Assembly (NCBI GenBank): GCA_000004695.1
Contig: CM000151.3
Span: 7,040,001 to 7,104,000, forward strand
Length of the DNA stretch: 64,000 nt
From: Dictyostelium discoideum
Lineage: Eukaryota
Reading direction: 5' to 3'
In this document: piece after piece, positions 25,411-36,119 of the stretch
How the letters are laid out: the number at the start of each line of letters is the position of its first letter
Numbering within the stretch: position 1 is the stretch's first letter
Notes under the pieces: model-generated
The model's database searches: none
What the model saw: the letters and a program-made list of their open reading frames with translations, nothing else
Told to the model about the DNA's origin: nothing
Program-made: the position numbers and the translations under genes

Positions 25411-28329
25411 CAATTTTTTTTTTTTAAATTTTTTTCAATTTTTATTTGTTTATTAAAATGTAATTTTATTTTTTGTTTTAATTATTATTTTATTTATTAT
25501 TATTGTTAATTTTTTTTTTTTTTCAATTTTTTTTTTTTTAATTTATTTTTATTAATTTATTTTTATTAACTCCCTGAGTTGTTCAATTGCTTGATTTACC
25601 ATATCACTGTAAACACTGCACACAATTGAATTTTTTCTAGCTTTGTTACCTCTGGTGCATTTGATGTTTTTGCATTTTCCTTTGTATACAAAAAAGTCCA
25701 AATATAATTCGTTTTCTATTACAGTTTTTACACAATGTTGGTGAAATTGTTTTGATTTTAATTCTAATGCTTCTAACATCATATTTGAATTTTTAACGAT
25801 TAAAGCATCACCACTATTTACATATAGTACTTTGGCTGCTTTTTCGAGGAATTTAGTCAAATTTTCCTCTGAATCTAACTATTCTTCATTGCCATATTCA
25901 ATGGCTAAATTTCTTAAGAGTTTTATCGAATCTATTAATTCTTCGATCATTCTTTTTTTTTGAAATTTTTTTTTATTTTGTTTTTTCAATTTTTTTTTTT
26001 TATTTTGTTTTTTCAATTTTTTTTAAGTTTTATTTTTTTTTATTTTTTTTTATTTTTTTTAACAAATGTAATTTTTTTTTATTTTTTTCAATTTTTTTTT
26101 TTTTTAATTTTTAATTTTTTTTTTTTTTTTTAATTTTTTGTGTTGATTTGTGTTTTTTTTGTTTTTTTGATTTGGCCACTTGTTTTTATTTTCTAATTTC
26201 CCCATACCCCCTTCTATTAATTGCAACCAAATCAAGTTCTAATTTTTGTGTCCTTGTTGACTTTGTTTTTGCAACTTTTTTTGAAGGTATCACATTAACG
26301 ATTTTTCCTATTGATGGTGATTTGGAAGGTGATTTAAATGGTGATTTAAATGGTGAATTGGAAGGTGATTTAAATGGTGAATTGGAAGGTGAAATGGATG
26401 GTGATTTGGAAGGTAATTTAAATGGTGATTTGGAAGGTGATTTAAATGGTGATTTAAATGGTGAATTGGAAGGTGAAATGGATGTTGATTTGAGAGGTGA
26501 TTTGGATGTTGATTTGAGAGGTGATTTGGATGGTTTAGAATGTGATTTTAAAGGAGGTTTATTAACAATTGGTATCTTATGAGGACGGCCTCTGAGACGT
26601 TTAACAGTTGTTACTATACCACTACCAGATTGTGGTATAGTATATGATGGTATTATTTGCACTTGAGGTATTGGTGGTACTATTTCTTTTAAATTCATAT
26701 CCTTTCTCAAACAATTCATTAAATTTGGCGCTGTTGGATTATTATTTAAAAATGGGAGTATTTCTTCTTGTTCCATTTCATTATTGAGTTTGTGTTGAAA
26801 TGGATTATCGTTAATGATAGGTGGAATATTTGATGGATTGTTAAGAGCATCTTCCAAAACCCTAAATGGATCATTTTGTGTTACCAATTGATGCAAGTTG
26901 AAATTGGATAAATCCTTACCAAGATTTTTAATAAACTGAACCAGAAATTCAATAACTTTCCCATCATTATTTAAATAAAGACCAGAAGTAAAAGAATCAA
27001 TATCTTTTTGTATGTTTGGCGATGTTCTAAAAATATCAACTGTTGATTGTTTATAAAGAACCAACTTGTTACCTCCTACAAAACCAGAGTATAAACCTTT
27101 TTTTTGAAGGCTATTGATTCCATCTTCCAAAAATTCAAGTTTATAAAGTTGTTTAGTGTCTTCCTGTATTACCTTATGAATTTTACACAAAATCAATATT
27201 TTCTATTAGAATTAAATATAAAATTTGTTAATTATTACTGTTTCATATATTATTAATCTTTATGTTTTAATTACTTACATTATTTTTTTTAATTTCTAGA
27301 AAGAGTACAGTATCACCAACTTTCAATCCCTTTGGTGGTTTTGAATTCCATTGATTTTGGTAACTTGTGAGATTTTCAAGAATAATAGCTGTTCTTTCTT
27401 CTTTTGAAACATCTGAAACACCAATTGATTGAGAGTCTTGTTCTGATTGAACATTAATAAACAAAGGAACAATACCAACAGCTTGAGATGGTGTCATTTT
27501 AATTGTTCTTGTTTTTGTATTATTGTAATCATACAAAGCTTGTTTTAATAGTTCAGAAAGAGACCTAGAAGTACCATCAAGAAAACTAAAATTTATTTAT
27601 AAATGATTAATTAATAAACATATCGATAATTTATATTGTTCAAAATATCATACTCTTGTTGTTTTAATTTTGAGATCCTCTCCTTGATAGTTCGATTCAA
27701 TCTTTCTACCATACCTTGAGTTGTTGGTGTACGAGGAGCTCCATGTGCTGACTTGGAGCCTGGAAAAAGTTTTAGGAATTCTTTTTGGACTTTGTTTTTA
27801 AATTCACGTCCATTATCGCAGTGCCATACTTTCACAGAGTTTTAATATAAAAGTTACAAAACATCATATAAAAAATGATTGATACCAAACCTTTTATTCT
27901 ATTTCGTTGGCAAATGTCACACGTATCTACTGCATCAGATACAAAAGAATACAATCCCATATTATAATATTTAGTCTTGTAGTTCCCATAGGTTGCATCT
28001 CTTCCTATATGACCTTTATGCATTTCTTCCCAGAGTGATACCATTCTATAATCATTAATTACTTCTAAACACACTTCTTTTGATATATTTCTATCTCCGC
28101 CACAATTCATGACTTTTTTTTCAATTCTAAATAATTTTTCTTTTCTGTTTCTGTTTTTTATTGGTCAGAATTTAAAAAATGATTGTGTTATGGTAAGGAA
28201 AAATATTTACTCATCATGTAAAAATTTATAATTTTTATGTTTAGTATTTTCAAAATTATTATCTTCAATAAATTTTAAATAATTTATAATTTCATTTATT
28301 TTATCTTGTTTCATTTTGGGAAAATGAAA

Positions 28330-28364
<35 letters not shown>

Positions 28365-28837
28365 TGTTGGGGAAAAAAAAAAAAAATTTTGGCGCAAAAA
28401 AAAAAAAAAAAAATAAAATAAAAAAAAAAAAAAATAAAATAAAAAAAAAAAAATAAAAAAACTTAAATAGAACTAATAATCAAATAAAAGATAATAATTT
28501 AATAAACTTTATTTGTTTTTTGAAAAAAAAAAAAATTTAGGGTCAGTGATTTTTTTTTTTCACTACGCTACTGTAGTGAAATTAAATAATAAAATTCACT
28601 ACGCTACTGTAGTGAAATTTTATTGAAAATTCCCTACAACATTAAATATTAATTTTTTTTATTTTAATTTTTATATTAGAATCATTAATTTCCATTTCAT
28701 TCGAATCATCAGAAGTATCCTCAAACTTTGCTCAATTAAATAATGGTGTCTGTTTTTCTTCATGTAAAAGTGCAATTGAATTAAAAAGCAGTCAAACATC
28801 AACATTCTTTACAAGACCAAATTTCTATCATATTTAA
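25122..28837 (+). CDS. Small-family gene T. Exon 1 25122..25131 (ATGTTATTCA); the intron is split by the transposon insertion; exon 2 28680..28837. MLFKSLISISFESSEVSSNFAQLNNGVCFSSCKSAIELKSSQTSTFFTRPNFYHI.
   Basis: Exon 1 plus GTATGT lie 45 nt before the left TIR. Acceptor tattag lies 38 nt after the right TIR. Exon 2 is in frame with a diverged tail. Probably inactivated. Confidence 0.5.
25175..25320. repeat. Left terminal inverted repeat of the DDT-A-like element; contains two copies of the sub-terminal palindromic motif CACTACAGTAGCGTAGTGA.
   Basis: Reverse complement matches 28496..28641. Confidence 0.8.
25552..28313 (-). CDS. Transposase (retroviral-integrase-like; zinc finger, DDE core, C-terminal basic SPxK repeats), split by short introns. 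Exon fragments about 28214..28313 (possible first exon), 27832..28110, 27611..27835, 27267..27536, 26186..27196, 25552..25937.
   Basis: HKGHIGRDATYGN…CDICQRN (HHCC). WHCDNGREF…GAPRTPTTQGMVERLNRTIKE (rve-like). RGRPHK plus KSPSKSPFKSP repeats. Exact exon joins not resolved. Confidence 0.6.
26320..26530. repeat. ~15-bp tandem repeat (ggtgatttaaatggt-like, ~14 copies) inside the transposase 3' region. Encodes S-P-(F/L)-K-S repeats on the minus strand.
   Basis: Direct reading. Mirrored as GDLNG repeats in the antisense track ORF 26148..26582. Confidence 0.7.
28496..28641. repeat. Right terminal inverted repeat of the DDT-A-like element.
   Basis: Reverse complement of 25175..25320. Confidence 0.8.
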
Positions 28838-28951
28838 AGACCAAACTGAATTATTCATTAAAAATTGTCCGACATATAAATAATCCACACCATTAAATAA
28901 AATAAAATTTTTTTATATTTGATTTTTTAAATACACCTTAAAAAAACAAAT

Positions 28952-28995
<44 letters not shown>

Positions 28996-29334
28996 CCTTA
29001 ATCTAAATTAATTATATAAAATTGATATCATTATAAAAATAAAGATATATTTTATATATTTATTTAATATCATTATTTTAATTATTAAGTAAGGTATTAA
29101 ATCTGTATCCAAAATCACCAAAAACACCAAATCGGAATTGGGGGGAGAGACAAGGGTTTTTCACGTGTTTTTAATTTTAAAAAAAAAAAAAAAAAAAAAA
29201 TATTAATTGATGTTTATATGTATATTAATTTGTTTTTTTATTAATTTTTTTCAAGTATGGGATCGGCCTTTGAAATAATTATTTTTAATTCGATTTTATT
29301 GTTTTTTTTTTTTTTCCCAGTTTTTTTTTTAATT

Positions 29335-29630
29335 TTAATAATTAATAAAATTTGGTCTGGTAAAGAAAGCTGTTCTCTTTAATGCACATTCAACATTTGT
29401 TGAGTAGTTAGAATCAAAGATTGAATTTTCCATAAAATCACGTGATGTATTTTTTGATTCGTTTGTTTTTGATAATAAAATTAATGATTCTATTTAATAA
29501 AATGAAATAATTATATTATTATAAAAAAATAATTATTATTATTATATTTTTTTTTTTTTATTCTTTTTTCTGTATTTTTTTACTATAAAACTAGGTTCTA
29601 ACATGTTGTTATTTACATACTTAATAACAT
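29335..29630 (-). CDS. Small-family gene F. Exon 1 29621..29630 (ATGTTATTAA), exon 2 29335..29489. MLLKSLILLSKTNESKNTSRDFMENSIFDSNYSTNVECALKRTAFFTRPNFINY.
   Basis: Splice and frame verified. Threonine codon ACC in place of ACA in the motif is a synonymous change. Confidence 0.55.
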
Positions 29631-30219
29631 TTTTTTTTAAAGGATTTTATTTAATTTAATTATTAAAATTAAAATTGTGATTTTTTTTTTTATTTTTTTT
29701 TTTTTTTCTTGACAAAAACTATTTATACTGATTTTTTTTTTTTTTTTTTTTTATAATTACCACATTTTCATCTTTAACCACATACATATAAAATTTGTAA
29801 ATAATTTTTTGTTTCTATTTTTAACAAAATTGTTTTTTTGGGTTTATTTTGACTACTTCTTAATAGATTTAAATTTTATTCCAATAAATTATATAGAATA
29901 ACAATAACTAGAAACATACAAATTCACATCTAAAATTAATTATTTCATTCCTTTTTTGAAATTTGAATATGTTTTATTTGAATTTAATAATAGTTTTTAT
30001 AATATAGTAATATTTAAGTTACAATGAGCAGAAATGCTTTTAAAATTTAATGAAATTTTAAAAAATAAAAAAATAAATGGGAAAAAAAAAAAAAAAATTG
30101 TTTTTAAAAGTTATTTATTTTTTTTATACTGTTTTATTTTTATTGTTTTTTTAAATCAAGTAAAATGTCGGCCTTGAATTAATTTTTTTGTTTAAATTTT
30201 TTTAGTTAACTTTTTCTTT

Positions 30220-30520
30220 TTAAAAGTTAATAAAGTTTGGTCTTGTAAAGAATGTTGAAGTACTTTTAATTGAGGTAATAAAATTTATGGATTCATTTGT
30301 TTTTTTATTTAAATCATTTGAAAAAGAAATCGTAGTTTCAATGTTTGTATTTTTTAAAGAAATTAATGATTCTATAATATTTAAAAAAATAAAAATAATA
30401 AATATTAATAATCAGAACTTGATTTTTTTTTTTTTTATTTTTTTTATTTTTTTTATTTTTTATTTTATTTTATTTTTTTTTATTTTATTTTATTTTTTTC
30501 AAAAACATACTTAATAACAT
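30220..30520 (-). CDS. Small-family gene G. Exon 1 30511..30520, exon 2 30220..30371. MLLKSLISLKNTNIETTISFSNDLNKKTNESINFITSIKSTSTFFTRPNFINF.
   Basis: Splice and frame verified. Confidence 0.55.
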
Positions 30521-31149
30521 TTTTTATTTGTTTATATATTTTTTTATTTTATTTGATTTGATTTTAATTTTTTTTTTTATTGTTCTATTTATATTTTTTT
30601 TTTTTATTTTTTTATTTTTTTTTTTATTTTTAAAAAATTTGTTTTTCATTTTTACTTTATTTATTTATTTTTAGCACACTTCACTCTACACACTACACAA
30701 TAAACAAATAAATAATTTTGTAAAAAGATTGTTGGTGCCATTTTTTTTTTTTTTACTCTTTTTTAAAAATTTTAATGTTATCGAAATATAATATAATTAT
30801 AAAAAATAGATTTAATTGTATTGTTAATAATAGATAGTTTTTAATAGTAATTTGTATAGAATCAACATTTAATAAATAATTTAATTTTATATGTTGTTAT
30901 ATAAAATATATAGATAAAATCAAGATCAAATGAAGTGCATTCAATTATTTCATATCATTCAATTTCTTCTTTTGCTTAAATAAAAAAAAAATAATAAAAA
31001 AAAAAAAAAAAAAAACATGTACATTCAATGTATTATTTCATAATCCAATTCTATATAATTTTTTAATATAGGATTGCCATCATTAATTTTAAACCATTTT
31101 TAAATATAAAATTAACAAGACACATATATCGATATCTTTCCCAAATAAG

Positions 31150-31207
<58 letters not shown>

Positions 31208-32163
31208 ATCTTTAATCCAATTTTTATTTTATTTTAACAATAAACAAATAAAAATAAAAATATTGGTAATATAGTTAAATTTAATTTCTTTACTTAAGTT
31301 TTTCCAAAATAAAATAAAAATAAAAATTTTAAAAATTCTTTCATTTTTTGGATTAATTTTAAAAATAAAAGAATAATGGCACCAAAGAATTTCTTATTTT
31401 TTTAATTTTTATTATTTTAATTATTTTTAATAATTTAATAATTTTTTGGAATAAAGAACATCGAAAATATTGTGTTTAAAACAAACTATGAATCTCCTTT
31501 ATTGCATTTATATAGATATCTCTTTTTATGTACACTAATAAAAATAATTCTTTTACTTTTAATTAAAAGTTTTATTTGATTATTTAGACAATAATGATCT
31601 GATAAATTGAATTTTGGTTCATTTCAAATATAATTAAAATAAAAGGAAACTTCAATGGTCTTGTGGTGGGTTATTGTTTTTTTAGTGTTAGATTTTGGGG
31701 TTTATTTTTAATTTTTTTTTTTTTTTTTTTATTCATTTATTTTTATTATTTTTTTTTTTTTATTTTTAATGTTTTTTTTCATATTATTAATAAAATTAAA
31801 AACCTATCTATTAGTAAAAGGAATTTTATCAGCAATTATTAGGGACATCAAATCTCACCAATGTTCTTTTTAAAGTTTAATTTAACAACAACCCACAATT
31901 TACAAATTTTTATATGATCATATTTTAATGTTGAACAAATAATTATTATTATTATTATTTTTTTTCTAGAAGAGGGTTAAACAAATAAATAAATAAAAAT
32001 AAAAATAAATAAAAATAAAAAAAAAAAAAATAATTAAAAATAAAAAATCTGGTAAAAAAAAAAAAACTATAAATATTTTTTTTTTTTTTTTTATATAAAG
32101 CATTAAACAAATCGAAAAAAACTAAATTTTTAACTATAAAAAAAATTAAATTTAAAAAAAAAA

Positions 32164-32186
32164 ATGTTAGCAAGTAAGTGTCTAAA

Positions 32187-32225
<39 letters not shown>

Positions 32226-32417
32226 AATCTAACTTTATCCTTTTTTTAATTAGAATCATTAATCTTCTCTAAAAACTCATCAAAGGCAGACAAAATTTTT
32301 TCAAATGATAAATTGACTGTTACTTCTTTTTCTTTAAATGCCACTTGCGAAAAAATTTCAGCTTCAACTACAACTTCTACCTCTATTTTTACAAGACCAA
32401 ATTTCTTGAACTACTAA
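32164..32417 (+). CDS. Small-family gene Ha. Exon 1 32164..32173 (ATGTTAGCAA, GTAAGT donor), exon 2 32254..32417. MLAKSLIFSKNSSKADKIFSNDKLTVTSFSLNATCEKISASTTTSTSIFTRPNFLNY.
   Basis: Splice and frame verified. Convergent with H. Confidence 0.55.
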
Positions 32418-32783
32418 AAAAAATATATAAATAAACTAAATATATTGGCCGACTATAAATTTAAAATTCTAATTTTAATTGTTTGTTTGTTTTTTTTTTT
32501 TAATAAATTTACCAATAATTTTATTAATTTAAATGATTTTATTAATTTAAATGATTTTCCTTTTAAAATTAAAAAAAAAACAATTTCATTTCTAATTAAT
32601 TTTTTTTATTAATTTTTTTTTTTCAAACCCTCCATTACCTTTTACTAAAAAAAAAAAAAAAAAAAAATTATCTTATTTTGGTTTTAATATATGTACATGT
32701 TTTTTTATTATTTATTTAAATATACAGTTTTTATATCAAGTATTTGTCGGCCTTGATATTTTATATTATTTTTTTATAAAATT

Positions 32784-33031
32784 TTAAAAATTTAAAAAAT
32801 TTGGTCTTGTAAAAAAAGAAGTTGCGTTCTTAATTGAAACAATTTCATTTTTTGAAAAGTTATTTAAAGGTGTTTCACTATGGATACAGTTTAATGAAGA
32901 TGAGTTTGTTTTGTTTGAAATTGAAATTAATGATTCTAAAATAATAATAAAAAAAAAATTAGAAATTATGTTTTGGAAAAAAGAAAAAAAATTGTTTTAA
33001 TATTCATTGCATTATACATACTTAATAACAT
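32784..33031 (-). CDS. Small-family gene H. Exon 1 33022..33031, exon 2 32784..32935. MLLKSLISISNKTNSSSLNCIHSETPLNNFSKNEIVSIKNATSFFTRPNFLNF.
   Basis: Splice and frame verified. Promoter module at 33140-33330 on the minus strand. Confidence 0.55.
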
Positions 33032-33555
33032 TTTATTATTTTTTTATATAGTTTTTTTATTTATTTCTAAATTTAGAATTTTTGTTTTATTTAAAATGAT
33101 TTTTTAATTAATAATGAATTATTTTTTTTAAACTATTTATATTTTTTTTTTTTTTTTAAGTAAAAGTATTCAAAAACCACTTTTATCTGTTAAATAATAA
33201 AATTTAAAAAATAATTGAACAGATGTTGTCGACATACACACACTCTCAATATAAAAATAGTGTTATCACAAACTTTAAAAGAAGTATGTGCGAATAGATT
33301 TTATTTAATATAGAATCATAAAACCAAAATGATATTTTTTATATATTGATTTTAAAAATAAAAAAAGCAATTTATTATTTTTAATAAATGAAGAAATAAA
33401 TTTAATTAATAAATAAATAATTTAAAAGGGTTGGTTTAAAAAATAAAATAATTATTTAATATGAACCAAAATTAAAAAATGAATTAATTTTGAATTTTTA
33501 TTGGAATAATTGAGTATACATATATTTTTAATTGAATATTAATAAAAGTGAAAAT

Positions 33556-33655
33556 NNNNNNNNNNNNNNNNNNNNNNNNNNNNNNNNNNNNNNNNNNNNN
33601 NNNNNNNNNNNNNNNNNNNNNNNNNNNNNNNNNNNNNNNNNNNNNNNNNNNNNNN
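33556..33655. other. Assembly gap (100 N).
   Basis: Run of n. Confidence 1.
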
Positions 33656-33879
33656 ATGTCATCATTTGTATTTTTAATTTATAGTGTCATTTTTAGATAT
33701 TCTTTTTTTTTTTTTTCAATTAAAACTGAAATTGTATGTTTATATATATCAGTGTTTTATTTGAAATAAAAAAATAATAATAATAAATGAAGTAAAAATA
33801 TTCAAACCACTTGTTGATGATATCCATTATTTAAGTAATCATTGTTGAAAACATATATTTGATATTGTTGTTGTCAAAA

Positions 33880-34257
33880 AAAAAATTAATATGATTTCAA
33901 CAAGATTAATAAAATAGTTTAAATTATATTATTATTCTTGTTGATATCATTATCCTTGTTTTTTTGTTTTTAAAAACAATTGTCTTTACTTGTATGTCAA
34001 CATAATATTTTTACAAAATTTAAACAATTAATAAAATTGTGTGTTTATTAAATAGTGGTGGTGGTAGGAAGTGGTTGGGGTGGGGTGGTGGGAAGTGGTT
34101 AAATTTTACTTAAAATAATTATTTCGATTTAAAAAATAAAATAGAATTTAAAAAAAAGTATAAATACTTTTTTTTAATTTTATTTTTTATATCAAACAAA
34201 CATTAAATTAAAAACAAAACAAAAACATTAATTAAAAACTATGAAACTATAAATAAA
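33880..34257 (+). promoter_or_regulatory. Conserved family promoter module, example for gene Ia. Elements TTGTTGATATCAT, TTGTATGTCAACATAATATTTTTACAAA, a G/T-rich GTGGTGG block, ATTATTTCGATTT, the TATA-like AGTATAAATAC, and TTTTTATATCAAACAAA just before the ATG.
   Basis: Alignable with 37230-37583 (Ka), 40190-40606 (M), and in reverse complement with 1950-2250 (A), 33140-33330 (H), 35270-35460 (I), 38930-39070 (K). Confidence 0.5.
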
Positions 34258-34497
34258 ATGTTATTCAGTATGTATTTTTAATAAAAAAAACAATGAAAAT
34301 ATCAATGAATATAATATTAATTTAATATTTTTTTTTTAAATTTAGAATCATTAATTTCATTATCAAATAAAAATACCACCTTAAATTCATCTTTAATTTC
34401 AAATCAAACAAACAATGATTGTAATGAATTTAAAAATGAAATTACAAACAAAAGTTCTACTGCATTCTTTACAAGACCAAACTTTGTAAACTATTAA
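34258..34497 (+). CDS. Small-family gene Ia. Exon 1 34258..34267, exon 2 34346..34497. MLFKSLISLSNKNTTLNSSLISNQTNNDCNEFKNEITNKSSTAFFTRPNFVNY.
   Basis: Splice and frame verified. Exon 2 is identical to Ka. Confidence 0.6.
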
Positions 34498-34584
34498 AAA
34501 AAAATATTATGATAAAAACAATTCCGATAAAAAACTTGTACAAACAATAAAATCTATTTATTTATTTATTTATTTATTTTAAAA

Positions 34585-34632
<48 letters not shown>

Positions 34633-34944
34633 CCTTGAGTGATTTTTAAAGTTGGTTTTAAATTAATTTTTTAAAACTATTGATTTTTTGATATTTTATC
34701 TTTATTAATATGTCTCCTTTGGATTTTATTATTTGCCCACTTTTTCATTTATAAAAGTAATTCGTTTTTTTATCAAATTTTACATAATTTTAAAATTTTT
34801 TTTTTTGTCAAACTTTTCCACAAATAAATAAAGAAAAAACAGAAAAATTATTTTTTAATTTTAAATAAATATATAAATATATTTTTTTTTTTAAATGTAC
34901 AATTTGTTTATCGGTATTAAAATTTTTTTTTTTTTTTTTTTTTT

Positions 34945-35189
34945 TTAATAGTTTATAAAGTTTGGTCTAGTAAAGAATGCAGTAGAACTTATGTTTGTAA
35001 TTTCATTTTTTAATTGATTACAATCATTGTTTGGTTGATAAGAAATTAAAGATGATTTTGAGGTGGTATTTTTATTTGATAATAAAATTAATGATTCTAA
35101 AAAAAAAAAAAAAAAATTCAAAATTAAAATCAACTTCATTATAATATATTTTTAATTATAATTTTTAAAATATACCTACTGAATAACAT
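34945..35189 (-). CDS. Small-family gene I. Exon 1 35180..35189 (GTAGGT donor), exon 2 34945..35096. MLFKSLILLSNKNTTSKSSLISYQPNNDCNQLKNEITNISSTAFFTRPNFINY.
   Basis: Track ORF 34945..35139 covers exon 2. Splice and frame verified. Confidence 0.6.
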
Positions 35190-35705
35190 TTTTTATTTTT
35201 ATAGTTTTATATTTAGTTTTTTAAGATTTTATAATGTTAACTTTGTTCGATATAATAAATTAAAAAAAAAAAAAAGTATTTATACTGTTTTTTAAATCGA
35301 AATAATTAAGTAAAATTTAGATAAACACCCACAACCACCACCACTATAGCACATTTTTTTAAAAATTATGTAAAATGATTATGTTGATATACAAGTAAAC
35401 AGTAAAAAAAAAACAAGTATAATGATATCAACAAGAATAATAGTTTAATTTATTAACAACATTTTAAAAATATGTTTCCAACATCCATTTTTTTAAAAAA
35501 GGACTTAAAATTTTATTTAATTAATTAAAAAAATAATACAATAAAATTGTTTACAACAAAATTTAATTTTAATTTTTATGATTATTTAAAAAAGAAAAAA
35601 ATAAATGATAATTTGTAAAAAAAAAAATAAAAAATTAATTCTAATTATCTAGAATAATTTATTTTACAATAGTTTTTTTAATAAAAAAAGTTATTTGGTT
35701 GTTTT

Positions 35706-35745
<40 letters not shown>

Positions 35746-35936
35746 AAGCTAAATTGAATTATTTATTTAAAAACCTTTTTTGAACTAATTATAATAATAA
35801 AAATCAAAATAGCTAAACTATTTCACTCAAAAAAAAAAAAAAATGAAAATAATTTTTAAATTTTTTAAATAAATAAATAAATAGTTTTTTATTTGTACAA
35901 GTTTTTGTCGGCAATATAATTTTTTCAATAATTTTT

Positions 35937-36085
35937 TTAATAGTTTACAAAGTTTGGTCTTGTAAAAAATGCAGTAGAACTTTTACTTGCAATTTCATTT
36001 TTGAATTCAATGCAATTATTATTTAATTGATTTGAAATTAATGATTTTGAGGTGGTGTTGTTATTTGATAATGAAATTAATGATT
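35937..36085 (-). CDS. Small-family gene J, exon 2 only; the intron and exon 1 run into the gap. …KSLISLSNNNTTSKSLISNQLNNNCIEFKNEIASKSSTAFFTRPNFVNY.
   Basis: Frame verified. Confidence 0.5.
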
Positions 36086-36119
36086 CTAATAAATAAAAAA
36101 AAAAAAAAAAATAAGTATA

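Larger units (their letters stand above)
25175..28641 (-). mobile_element. Tdd-4 / DDT-A-like DNA transposon, ~3.47 kb. ~146-bp terminal inverted repeats; intron-containing retroviral-integrase-like transposase on the minus strand. Candidate TSD TTAAA at 25170..25174 and 28642..28646.
   Basis: TIRs TGTTGTAGGGAATTTTCC…CACTACAGTAGCGTAGTGA(×2)…AATCACTGACC…CAAATAAAGTTTATTAAATT are present at both ends in inverted orientation. Internal ORFs carry an integrase HHCC zinc finger, a DDE-core fragment, and a C-terminal SPxK repeat region. Confidence 0.8.

Noticed and set aside
26148-26582. Plus-strand ORF with GDLNG/GELEG repeats.
   Set aside because: Antisense mirror of the SPxKS tandem repeat in the transposase.
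30287-32173. Phe/Ile-rich ORFs in the AT-rich spacer of the family cluster.
   Set aside because: Homopolymer or low-complexity translations with no start context or splice support.
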